This document shows positions 8,444 through 17,161 of a stretch of DNA of 64,000 bases, in pieces (position 1 is the stretch's first letter; each line of letters starts with the position of its first letter). Made by a program: the position numbers and the translations under genes. The notes beneath the pieces are model-generated. The model searched no databases and was not told the DNA's origin. It saw only the letters and a program-made list of their open reading frames with translations. The stretch spans positions 2,720,001-2,784,000 of the forward strand of contig OZ219753.1 in the NCBI GenBank assembly GCA_964291315.2, written 5' to 3'. The stretch comes from Candidatus Poribacteria bacterium. Lineage in GTDB: Bacteria; Poribacteria; WGA-4E; WGA-3G.

Positions 8444-11400
8444 ATGTCTAAACGAGATGATTTTACCATTTTTATTCAGGGATGGAAAAAAGCTGCCCCT
8501 AATATTACTGTTGACCAATACAAAGGGTTAATCAGGCAAGGCATACACGACTACGGACTCTCCCAGGATGAGGCAGAGCGGATCATCAAAAAAGAGGTAG
8601 GCCTGATTATTGGGAAAGCGGTAAATCATTTTCAGGAGTTAGGGCTCACAATTGATGACCTGAAAAACCTGAGTGAAGACGAAATCGAAAAACTTGTTCA
8701 GGCTAAGTATGATCTCCTTTATAAGCAGGCAAGAATTAGCGCCAATCCCAGGAATGCTGAGAAACAGGCAGCGTTGAATGCGGCAAGGGATACGCTACTT
8801 GATCCACAGAGGCGGCAGGAACACATTCAACTCCTTGAGCGGCAGAAAACGTCTTCCAACACCGAGGATGGAAACTCTCAGAAACGCAGTAGCACAGACG
8901 TGAGAGCTATCTTCAAGTTCGGGAAGGTAGCGGCTATTTTAGCAATTCTTGCTTTTCTGCTCTTATTGGGACTTGGACTTGATAACATTATCAAAAATTC
9001 GAAAACACAACCCCACACTACAGAATTTGTTGATGATTCGCCGAAGGGGTCTTCGGGCACCGCAGCAATCTCAGAGAGGTCTGCATCCTCTACACAGCAG
9101 GAAACTTCTTCCAGCACGGACGATGGAAACCGACAGAAACGCAATAGCAGAGACGCGCTAACCCCCGAACCCCCAGTCTCAGGGATGGTATTGATCCCAT
9201 CGGGCACCTTTCGGATGGGCAGCACCACAGGTGATGCCAATGAACGCCCTGTTCACACTGTTACTGTAGATGCGTTTTATATGGATACGCACGAAGTAAC
9301 AAACGCACAATACGCCGATTTTCTTAATGCTATGGGCAGACATGCAGATGCGGGTCATACGTGGTTGGCTCTCGGTAGCCGTGGTGCACACATTGAGCGT
9401 TTAGGTGGAACGTATCGCCCGAAGGCGGGGTATGCGGATCATCCTGTTGTTCGTGTGAGTTGGTATGGTGCGATGGCATATGCGAAGTGGGCAGGCAAGC
9501 GCCTGCCTACCGAGGCGGAGTGGGAATACGCCGCACGCGGCGGCGAGTCGGGTCTGAAGTATCCCTGGGGAAACACGATTGACAGCACACGGGCAAACTA
9601 CGACAGAAATGTCGGTGAGACGACAAGAGTAGGGCATTATGGTGCAAATAGCTATGGTCTGTATGACATGGTCGGAAATGTCTATGAATGGTGCTTAGAT
9701 GCATATAATAGAGACTCCTATGCCAGTTATCCTGCCCGTAATCCGCTATCGGGTGCGTTTAGTATTCATTGGCTATCAGATAATTATACAGAGATTAAGT
9801 CTAGACGCGTCTTGCGTGGCGGATCTTGGCTCAGTGAAGCTCAGTACGTGCGGGTCGCCAACCGCTTTGACTATACGCCGACGAGCACGTCCCTCTTCAC
9901 AGGCTTTCGTTGCGCAAGGTCTGCATCCTCTACACAACAGGAAACCCCTCCCAGCCCGGACGATGAAAACCCTCAAAAATGGAGTAGCAGAGACGCGCAA
10001 CCCTCCGACCCATCAGTCTCAGGGATGGTATTGATCCCATCGGGCACCTTTCGGATGGGCAGCACCACAGGTGATGCCAATGAACGCCCTGTTCACACTG
10101 TTACTGTAGATGCGTTTTATATGGATACACACGAAGTAACAAACGCACAATACGCGGACTTTCTTAATGCTATGGGTAGACATGCAGATGCGGGTCATAC
10201 GTGGTTGGCTCTCGGTAGCCGTGGTGCACACATTGAGCGTTTAGGCGGAACGTATCGTGTGAAAGCAGGGTATGCGGATCATCCTGTTGTTCGTGTGAGT
10301 TGGTATGGTGCAATGGCATATGCGAAGTGGGCAGGCAAGCGTCTGCCGACGGAGGCGGAGTGGGAGTATGCTGCGCGCGGCGGCAAGTCGGGTCTGAAGT
10401 ATCCGTGGGGAAACACGATTGACAGCTGGCATGCGAACTACGACAGAAATATCGGTAAGACAACAAGAGTAGGGCATTATGGTGCAAATAGCTATGGTCT
10501 GTATGACATGGTCGGAAATGTCTACGAATGGTGCTTAGATGCATATAATAGAGACTCCTATGCTAGTTCTCCTGCTCACAATCCAGGTACGTTTAGTATT
10601 CAGTGGCTGTTAGATAATTATACAGAGATTAAGTCTGACCGCGTCTTGCGTGGCGGCTCCTGGGCCGGTTCAGCATGGCTCGTGCGTGTTGCCAATCGTG
10701 GCAGCTTTTCGCCTTGGATAACGGGCGCCGGCCTCGGTTTCCGTTGTGTAAGGTCTGTATCTCTTACGCGGCAGGAAACACCTCCCAGCCCGGATGATGA
10801 AAACTCTCAAAAATGGAGTAGCAGAGACGTGCTAACCCCCGCCCCCCCAGTCTCAGATATGGTATTGATCCCATCGGGCACCTTCCAGATGGGCAGCACC
10901 ACAGGTGATGCCAATGAACGTCCTGTTCACACTGTTACTGTAGATGCGTTTTATATGGATACGCACGAAGTGACGAACGCAGAATACGCCGCGTTCCTCA
11001 ATGCGAAGGGAAAACACACAGACGCTGGCAAGACTTGGTTGTTTATCGGTAGCAGTGGTGCACGCATTGAGCGTTTAGGTGGAACGTATCGCCCAAAGAC
11101 AGGGTATGCGGATCATCCTGTTGTTTATGTGAGCTGGTATGGTGCGATGGCGTATGCGAAGTGGAAGGGCAAGCGGCTGCCGACGGAAGCAGAGTGGGAA
11201 TACGCTGCTCGCGGCGGATTAGCAGGCAAACTTTATCCCTGGGGCGACACCGTAGACTCCAGCCGTGCGAACTATGATTGGAACGTCGGTAGGACAACGG
11301 CAGGCGGTGCGTATGCTGCGAACGATTACGGTCTGTATGATATGGTCGGAAATGTTTCGGAGTGGTGTCTGGATGCGTATGATAGCGCCTTCTATACCAG

Positions 11401-13282
11401 TTATCCTGCCCATAATCCGCTATCGGGTGCGTCTAGTATCCAGTGGCTGTTAGATAATTATACAGAGATTAAGTCTGACCGCGTCTTGCGTGGCGGCTCC
11501 TGGGCCAGTTTAGCAGGGCTTGTACGGGTTGCCAACCGCAGTAACTTTTCGCCTGGGGTAACGAGCTCCGTCTTCGGTTTCCGTTGTGTAAAGCCTGTAT
11601 CTCTTACGCGGCAGGAAACCCCTCCCAGCCCGGACGATGAAAACCCTCAAAAATGGAGTAGCAGAGACGCGCAACCCTTCGACACCGCAGTCTCAGGGAT
11701 GGTATTGATCCCATCGGGCACCTTTCGGATGGGCAGCACCACAGGTGATGCGGATGAACGCCCTGTTCACACTGTCACTTTAGATGCGTTTTATATGGAT
11801 ACATACGAAGTGACGAACGCAGAATACGCCGATTTTCTTAATGCTATGGGCAGACATGCCGATGCGGGTCATACGTGGTTAAATATGGATAGCGGCGGTG
11901 TACGCATCGAGCGTTTGGGCGGAACGTATCGTGTGAAAGCGGGGTATGCGGATCATCCTGTTGTTCATGTGAGTTGGTATGGTGCAATGGCATATGCGAA
12001 GTGGAAGGGCAAGCGCCTGCCTACCGAGGCGGAGTGGGAGTATGCAGCACGCGGCGGCAAGTCGGGTCTGAAGTATCCCTGGGGAAACACGATTGACAGC
12101 ACGCATGCAAACTACGGCAGAAATGTCGGTAAGACAACAAGAGTAGGGCATTATGGTGCAAATAGCTATGGTCTGTATGACATGGTCGGAAATGTCTATG
12201 AATGGTGCTTAGATGCATATAATAGAGACTCCTATGCTAGTTCTCCTGCTCACAATCCTGGAGCGTCTAGTATTCATTGGCTATTAGATAATTATGCAAA
12301 GGTTGAGTCTCAACGCGTCTTGCGCGGCGGATCTTGGCTCAGTGAAGCTCAGTACGTGCGGGTCGCCTACCGCAACTACTATACGCCGACGAGCACGTCC
12401 TTCTTCACAGGCTTTCGTTGTGCAAGGTCTGCATCCTCTACACAACAGGAAACCTCTTCCAACACGGACAATAGAAACTATCAGAAACGTAGCAGCAGAG
12501 ACGCGCAACCCTCCGACCCATCAGTCTCAGGGATGGTATTGATCCCATCGGGCACCTTTCGGATGGGCAGCACCACAGGTGATGCGGATGAAAGCCCTAT
12601 TCACACTGTCACTTTAGATGCGTTTTATATGGATACACACGAAGTAACAAACGCAGAATACGCGGATTTTCTTAATGCTATGGGCAGACATGCAGATGCA
12701 GGCCATACATGGCTGGCTATCTGGAAGAGTGGTGTGCGCATTGAGCCTTTAGATAGAACGTATCGTGTGAAAGCGGGGTATGCGGATCATCCTGTTGTTC
12801 ATGTGAGTTGGTATGGTGCGATGGCGTATGCTGCGTGGGCGGGCAAGCGCCTGCCTACCGAGGCGGAGTGGGAATATGCCGCACGCGGCGGCAAGTCGGG
12901 TCTGAAGTATCCGTGGGGAAACACGATTGACAGCACGCAGGCGAGATACGCTAGAAAGACCCGTAGTCCGACAGCGGTAGGGCGTTATGCTGCGAACGGG
13001 TATGGTCTGTATGATATGGTCGGAAATGTCTGGGAGTGGTGTCTGGATGCGTATGACAAAAACTTCTATACCATTTCACCTACTTCTAATCCGCTATCGG
13101 GCGCGTCTAGTATTCAGTGGCTGTTAGATAATTATGCAGAGATTAAGTCTAGACGCGTCTTGCGTGGCGGCTCCTGGGAAAATACAGCGGGAAACGTGCG
13201 GGCCGCCTTCCGCTTTTATGATACGCCGACGAGCACGTTCCCCGTCACCGGTTTCCGTTGTGCAAGGTCTGTATCGCCTTGA
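8444..13282 (+). CDS. Membrane-anchored protein: helical N-domain + degenerate J-like domain + TM + five tandem FGE-sulfatase/CLec domains; putative DGR target
   Basis: 1612 aa; five MVLIPSG...GFRC units; catalytic FGE cysteines absent after RGGSW. Confidence 0.88.
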   Translation: MSKRDDFTIFIQGWKKAAPNITVDQYKGLIRQGIHDYGLSQDEAERIIKKEVGLIIGKAVNHFQELGLTIDDLKNLSEDEIEKLVQAKYDLLYKQARISANPRNAEKQAALNAARDTLLDPQRRQEHIQLLERQKTSSNTEDGNSQKRSSTDVRAIFKFGKVAAILAILAFLLLLGLGLDNIIKNSKTQPHTTEFVDDSPKGSSGTAAISERSASSTQQETSSSTDDGNRQKRNSRDALTPEPPVSGMVLIPSGTFRMGSTTGDANERPVHTVTVDAFYMDTHEVTNAQYADFLNAMGRHADAGHTWLALGSRGAHIERLGGTYRPKAGYADHPVVRVSWYGAMAYAKWAGKRLPTEAEWEYAARGGESGLKYPWGNTIDSTRANYDRNVGETTRVGHYGANSYGLYDMVGNVYEWCLDAYNRDSYASYPARNPLSGAFSIHWLSDNYTEIKSRRVLRGGSWLSEAQYVRVANRFDYTPTSTSLFTGFRCARSASSTQQETPPSPDDENPQKWSSRDAQPSDPSVSGMVLIPSGTFRMGSTTGDANERPVHTVTVDAFYMDTHEVTNAQYADFLNAMGRHADAGHTWLALGSRGAHIERLGGTYRVKAGYADHPVVRVSWYGAMAYAKWAGKRLPTEAEWEYAARGGKSGLKYPWGNTIDSWHANYDRNIGKTTRVGHYGANSYGLYDMVGNVYEWCLDAYNRDSYASSPAHNPGTFSIQWLLDNYTEIKSDRVLRGGSWAGSAWLVRVANRGSFSPWITGAGLGFRCVRSVSLTRQETPPSPDDENSQKWSSRDVLTPAPPVSDMVLIPSGTFQMGSTTGDANERPVHTVTVDAFYMDTHEVTNAEYAAFLNAKGKHTDAGKTWLFIGSSGARIERLGGTYRPKTGYADHPVVYVSWYGAMAYAKWKGKRLPTEAEWEYAARGGLAGKLYPWGDTVDSSRANYDWNVGRTTAGGAYAANDYGLYDMVGNVSEWCLDAYDSAFYTSYPAHNPLSGASSIQWLLDNYTEIKSDRVLRGGSWASLAGLVRVANRSNFSPGVTSSVFGFRCVKPVSLTRQETPPSPDDENPQKWSSRDAQPFDTAVSGMVLIPSGTFRMGSTTGDADERPVHTVTLDAFYMDTYEVTNAEYADFLNAMGRHADAGHTWLNMDSGGVRIERLGGTYRVKAGYADHPVVHVSWYGAMAYAKWKGKRLPTEAEWEYAARGGKSGLKYPWGNTIDSTHANYGRNVGKTTRVGHYGANSYGLYDMVGNVYEWCLDAYNRDSYASSPAHNPGASSIHWLLDNYAKVESQRVLRGGSWLSEAQYVRVAYRNYYTPTSTSFFTGFRCARSASSTQQETSSNTDNRNYQKRSSRDAQPSDPSVSGMVLIPSGTFRMGSTTGDADESPIHTVTLDAFYMDTHEVTNAEYADFLNAMGRHADAGHTWLAIWKSGVRIEPLDRTYRVKAGYADHPVVHVSWYGAMAYAAWAGKRLPTEAEWEYAARGGKSGLKYPWGNTIDSTQARYARKTRSPTAVGRYAANGYGLYDMVGNVWEWCLDAYDKNFYTISPTSNPLSGASSIQWLLDNYAEIKSRRVLRGGSWENTAGNVRAAFRFYDTPTSTFPVTGFRCARSVSP
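9185..13282 (+). repeat. Five tandem intragenic repeats of 834-840 bp
   Basis: Unit starts (ATG of MVLIPSG) at 9185, 10025, 10859, 11699, 12533; further homologues at 7630 and 51135. Confidence 0.95.
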
Positions 13283-13329
13283 TTCTGAATCGCAGATGAA
13301 ATCGACGAAAGGCGCGGAAAATACAATCC

Positions 13330-13383
13330 GGGGCGTGATGGCAGGTAGCCTTCTACTGACGACTATCACCCCCCTTTATTTAT
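13330..13383 (+). terminator. Long hairpin with T-rich tail; homologous to 51965-52016
   Basis: GGGGCGTGATGG...CTATCACCCCCC then TTTATTTAT. Confidence 0.6.
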
Positions 13384-13699
13384 CGCTGGCTCTCTATCTT
13401 TAGAATGGAACCTCCTATTCCCGGCCACACATTATACCCTCCCCCCGGCAAAACAGCCCTCATGAAACCCTACTGAGACGCATTAAATACTGAAACGGAC
13501 AAAACAGAGCATATCTATAGATGTCATGATCCAACTAAGACGCTGCGCATGTTTAAATTTTTTCCAGAAAACAGTTCGCGAGGCTCAGAGATCCCTCGGA
13601 CAGAAGCTCTGAATGCTCCCTCGTTAGTTTTTTCTATTGCACCTGTTCACACAATATGCTAAATTAAAATGATATTTGAATCCAGAGGAGGACTATTAA

Positions 13700-14263
13700 A
13701 TGCGTCGAAATTACATAATCGTTTGCACGATGGGGGTACTTGTAGCCGCCGCCATCGCTCTGAATATCAACAACGTCGAAAGTCAAAGCGATATGATACA
13801 ACGGGGAAAATACCTCGTCGACACAGTCGGAGCATGCGGGCATTGTCACACGCCCCGTGCTGGTGCTGAATATGACATGGAGATGTACCTTGCTGGGCAT
13901 CCCGCGAATGCTTCATATCCACGCTACAACTTTAGCATGATGCAACAAGGAATTTTTCTTCTGACATCCCCGCAAATGAGTGCGTTTTCCGGTCCGTTCG
14001 GAACCACTTTCGCGTCAAACCTTACGCCCGACAATCAAACAGGATTAGGCGAATGGACGGAGGAGATGTTCATTAACGCAATGCGCACGGGACATCATCA
14101 AGGCGACACGAGCAATCGGAAGATCTTCCCGCCAATGCCGATAAAGCATTATGCTGAAATGAATGAGAGTGATCTCAAGGCAATTTGGGCGTATCTCAGG
14201 AGTGTTAAGCCAGTTAAAAATGAGGTGAATCCGCCGTTGAATCAGCGAGGGCGTCCATACTAA
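13700..14263 (+). CDS. Monoheme c-type cytochrome
   Basis: N-terminal signal/TM; RGKYLV..GACGHCHTPR; ASNLTPD..TGLGEWT; PPMP axial Met; GAGGAGG RBS. Confidence 0.88.
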   Translation: MRRNYIIVCTMGVLVAAAIALNINNVESQSDMIQRGKYLVDTVGACGHCHTPRAGAEYDMEMYLAGHPANASYPRYNFSMMQQGIFLLTSPQMSAFSGPFGTTFASNLTPDNQTGLGEWTEEMFINAMRTGHHQGDTSNRKIFPPMPIKHYAEMNESDLKAIWAYLRSVKPVKNEVNPPLNQRGRPY

Positions 14264-14402
14264 TTAGTCTTTAGCCGTTAGCGTGTTCCGCTCTCGGCTG
14301 CTAGGAATCCATTTGTAGCGATCAAGACCTTTTAACTGTCACATGCCTCGCTGACCTCTAAAGGTTACTTCGGGGCAACTCAAAAATTGGGAGACACACT
14401 TT

Positions 14403-15473
14403 ATGAGATCAGAGGAAAAAACTGTTCGAATTGCAGTTGTCGGCATGGGAATCGGGAGACCTAATGGTGCAGCGCTCGCCAGAAATGCCCGAGGCGAGGT
14501 CGTCGCGCTCTGTGACTTGGTTGAGGACCGGATGCAGGCCTTCGCTAAAGATTTACCGGGCGATGTCAAATTCTATACAGACTACAAAGAGATGTGCAGA
14601 GCAGGTGACATCGACGCGGTGTTTGTCGGAACCCCAAATCAGTGGCATGTTCCGATAGCATTAGAAGCGGTGCGGCACGGTAAACATGTGATGGTAACCA
14701 AGCCGCTTGCGGATTCTGAGAGTGCTGCGGAAGAACTGGTTGCGGAAGCCGAGTCGGCTGGGGTCATCAATATGATGTCGCTCTCTACACGCTTCGGCGA
14801 CACTTGCCAACACCTCGGTAACCTTGGGCGTGCCGACTATTTTGGAGAACTTTACTATGCGCGCGCTCGGAGTATCCGTCGTAACGGCATCCCTGCCTGG
14901 AATCTCGGCTTCATCAAGAAGGGCGGTGGTGCCTTCCGGGATATGGGTGTGCATGTGCTTGATGCTGTGTGGTGGATTCTCGGATTGCCGAAGCCTGTTT
15001 CAGTGCTTGGGGCGGCTGGCGCAAAATTTGGACCGCGCGGACGTGGTTACTGGAATCGCAACCGACCTCCGAGGGAAACGTATGAACAGTATGAATCAGA
15101 CGACTACGCCGGCGGCTTCATTACCTTCGAAAATGGAATTGGCTTACAAGTAGAAAGTTTCTGGGCATCCCATCAACCCGATGAATTTCAGATAGAGCTT
15201 TTTGGTACGGAAGCGGGGGCAACGATGAGTCCTCTGCGTCTCTATCGGACTGACGAATCTGGGATGTCCGAGGATATAAGTGTTAATCTGCCGCCGGGCA
15301 AATATAGCGAGGCGTGGGATGCTATTGCAGATCATTTCATCGAGTGCATTTTAGACGGTGTAACCTGTCAGGCGCCGCTTCGTCATGGACTGATTGTCCA
15401 ACAGATGATGGAAGGTTTGCTTAAAAGTGCTGAGACAGGGCGCGAAGTTCAGATTCAAGCGGCAGAGGTTTAA
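14403..15473 (+). CDS. Gfo/Idh/MocA oxidoreductase
   Basis: Rossmann VVGMGIG, GKHVMVTKP, GGGAFRDMGVHVLD. Confidence 0.9.
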   Translation: MRSEEKTVRIAVVGMGIGRPNGAALARNARGEVVALCDLVEDRMQAFAKDLPGDVKFYTDYKEMCRAGDIDAVFVGTPNQWHVPIALEAVRHGKHVMVTKPLADSESAAEELVAEAESAGVINMMSLSTRFGDTCQHLGNLGRADYFGELYYARARSIRRNGIPAWNLGFIKKGGGAFRDMGVHVLDAVWWILGLPKPVSVLGAAGAKFGPRGRGYWNRNRPPRETYEQYESDDYAGGFITFENGIGLQVESFWASHQPDEFQIELFGTEAGATMSPLRLYRTDESGMSEDISVNLPPGKYSEAWDAIADHFIECILDGVTCQAPLRHGLIVQQMMEGLLKSAETGREVQIQAAEV

Positions 15474-15476
15474 GAA

Positions 15477-16202
15477 ATGGGCTTTGACATAGGAACGCTC
15501 CGCAACAATTTTGCAAAGGACGGTTTTGCTATCGCGCCGAACTTGTTCACGGATAGCGAAGTCCAACAGCTTAAATTAGAATGTATCGACATTCTGGCAG
15601 CTGTTAAAGCTGAAACAGGTGCAGAAGTTGGACATGGTGTTTATGTCGGTTTGGCTGCGCGAAGTTCTGTTTTTCGAACCGCAGTAGGCGATGAGCGGTT
15701 ACTCGATATCTTAGGTGGCATCCTCGCCCCGGATATCGAATTTCTGAGTGATAAAGTAGTTTTCAAGAATGAATCGATGACATTTGCAAGCCCATGGCAC
15801 CAAGATTGGCACTATTGGCACGGGGCGCACAAGCTCTCTATCTGGGTGGCGCTGGATGATGCTACTGTTGAAAATGGATGCCTCAAGCTCCTCCCTGGCT
15901 CACACAAAACTGCTATTGTCCACGACGGGGATGCTAGCGACGGGAATGGGTTCGGGAATCGGCTCCGTCCTGGGGCGGTTGATGAAAGTCTGGCTGTCAC
16001 GGCAGAAATTGCAGCAGGAGGTGCTGTCTTTTTCCATGATTTGACGTTGCATGCCAGTCATCCTAATCGTTCTGGCGAAGAACGTTGGGTATGGATTCCC
16101 ACGTATCGTGATGCAAAAGTGGAAGACAACGATTATCCGTGGGCCGTTGCGTCAAAAGTTTTGCGCGGTGAAAAACTGTCTGAACCCGGATCCGGCAAAT
16201 AA
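15477..16202 (+). CDS. Phytanoyl-CoA dioxygenase (PhyH) family protein
   Basis: WHQD, WVALDDAT.ENGCL..LPGSH, LHAS.PNRS. Confidence 0.9.
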   Translation: MGFDIGTLRNNFAKDGFAIAPNLFTDSEVQQLKLECIDILAAVKAETGAEVGHGVYVGLAARSSVFRTAVGDERLLDILGGILAPDIEFLSDKVVFKNESMTFASPWHQDWHYWHGAHKLSIWVALDDATVENGCLKLLPGSHKTAIVHDGDASDGNGFGNRLRPGAVDESLAVTAEIAAGGAVFFHDLTLHASHPNRSGEERWVWIPTYRDAKVEDNDYPWAVASKVLRGEKLSEPGSGK

Positions 16203-16273
16203 GAAGATGGCAGCGATTTTTTATGGCAGCCCGGAATTTTCGTTTACTTTGAAGAAGAACAAAAGGAGAAACT

Positions 16274-17128
16274 ATGTTTAAAAATCTGAATACTGGTGCA
16301 ATTGGTATCCGAGCAGACATGATGGAAGGTTTAGCCTTAGCGAAAAACGCTGGTTTTGAAGGGCTCGATTTGAACATTGACGAAGCCGGTCGACTTGTAC
16401 AAGAACGTTCTGTTCAGTACGTGAAAGACCTATGGGCAGAGGCGGGTATCGCCATGGGCGGATGGGGATTTGGTGTCAATTGGCGGGGCCACGACGCTGA
16501 TTATTACGCCGGCTTAGCGCGGCTTCCTGAACGCGCGGCTCTCGCTGCTGAACTCGGCTGTTATCGGACGACTACGGTTGTCGGCCCCGCTTCAAATGAG
16601 ATGACGTATCAGGAAAACTGGGATTTTTCTGTCAAACGTCTTCGTCTGGTCGCTGAGATCCTCGGAGACCACGGGCATTTAGTCGGACTTGAGTTCATTG
16701 GGCCTGCAACGAGCCGCAAAGGCTCAAAGTACCTTTTCGCCTATTCAATGGATGCGATGTTGGGACTTGCTGCAGCGATCGGAACAGGCAACGTCGGGTT
16801 ACTCTTCGATACATGGCACTGGTATACCTGCCGTTCTGCTATGGATGATGTCCGCAAGCTTTCTGCGTCGGATGTGGTTTACGTCCACATCAACGATGCC
16901 CCCGCCGGAATTGACCCGTATGATCAGATTGATAACATTAGGTGTCTTCCTGCGGAAACAGGCGTAATTCCACTGACGGAATTGATGCAAATTCTGGCTG
17001 AAACCGGTTATGAAGGTCCGGTGACACCTGAACCCTTCAGTCAAAAAGTAAATAGTATGGAACCGGCACATGCGGCGAAATCGACTGCGGAATCATTAGC
17101 TCACGTCTGGAAAAACGCAGGCCTATAG
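16274..17128 (+). CDS. Sugar phosphate isomerase/epimerase (xylose-isomerase-like TIM barrel)
   Basis: GLEF, GLLFDTWH, VHINDA, GYEGPVTPE metal-ligand motifs. Confidence 0.85.
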   Translation: MFKNLNTGAIGIRADMMEGLALAKNAGFEGLDLNIDEAGRLVQERSVQYVKDLWAEAGIAMGGWGFGVNWRGHDADYYAGLARLPERAALAAELGCYRTTTVVGPASNEMTYQENWDFSVKRLRLVAEILGDHGHLVGLEFIGPATSRKGSKYLFAYSMDAMLGLAAAIGTGNVGLLFDTWHWYTCRSAMDDVRKLSASDVVYVHINDAPAGIDPYDQIDNIRCLPAETGVIPLTELMQILAETGYEGPVTPEPFSQKVNSMEPAHAAKSTAESLAHVWKNAGL

Positions 17129-17161
17129 GCGACTACGTGTTCTGTTAGAAAGAGATAAACT

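Noticed and set aside
7567-13282. Formylglycine-generating enzymes (sulfatase maturation)
   Set aside because: The catalytic cysteine pair that follows RGGS in true FGE is absent in all copies, and that segment is hypervariable instead
9185-13282. CRISPR array
   Set aside because: Repeats are ~840-bp in-frame protein domains, not short repeats with spacers; no cas genes
13134-13403. Small peptides encoded by the conserved 3' element (either strand, also near 51833-52090)
   Set aside because: Start and stop codons are not conserved between the two copies; the similarity is better explained by hairpin-forming nucleotide conservation
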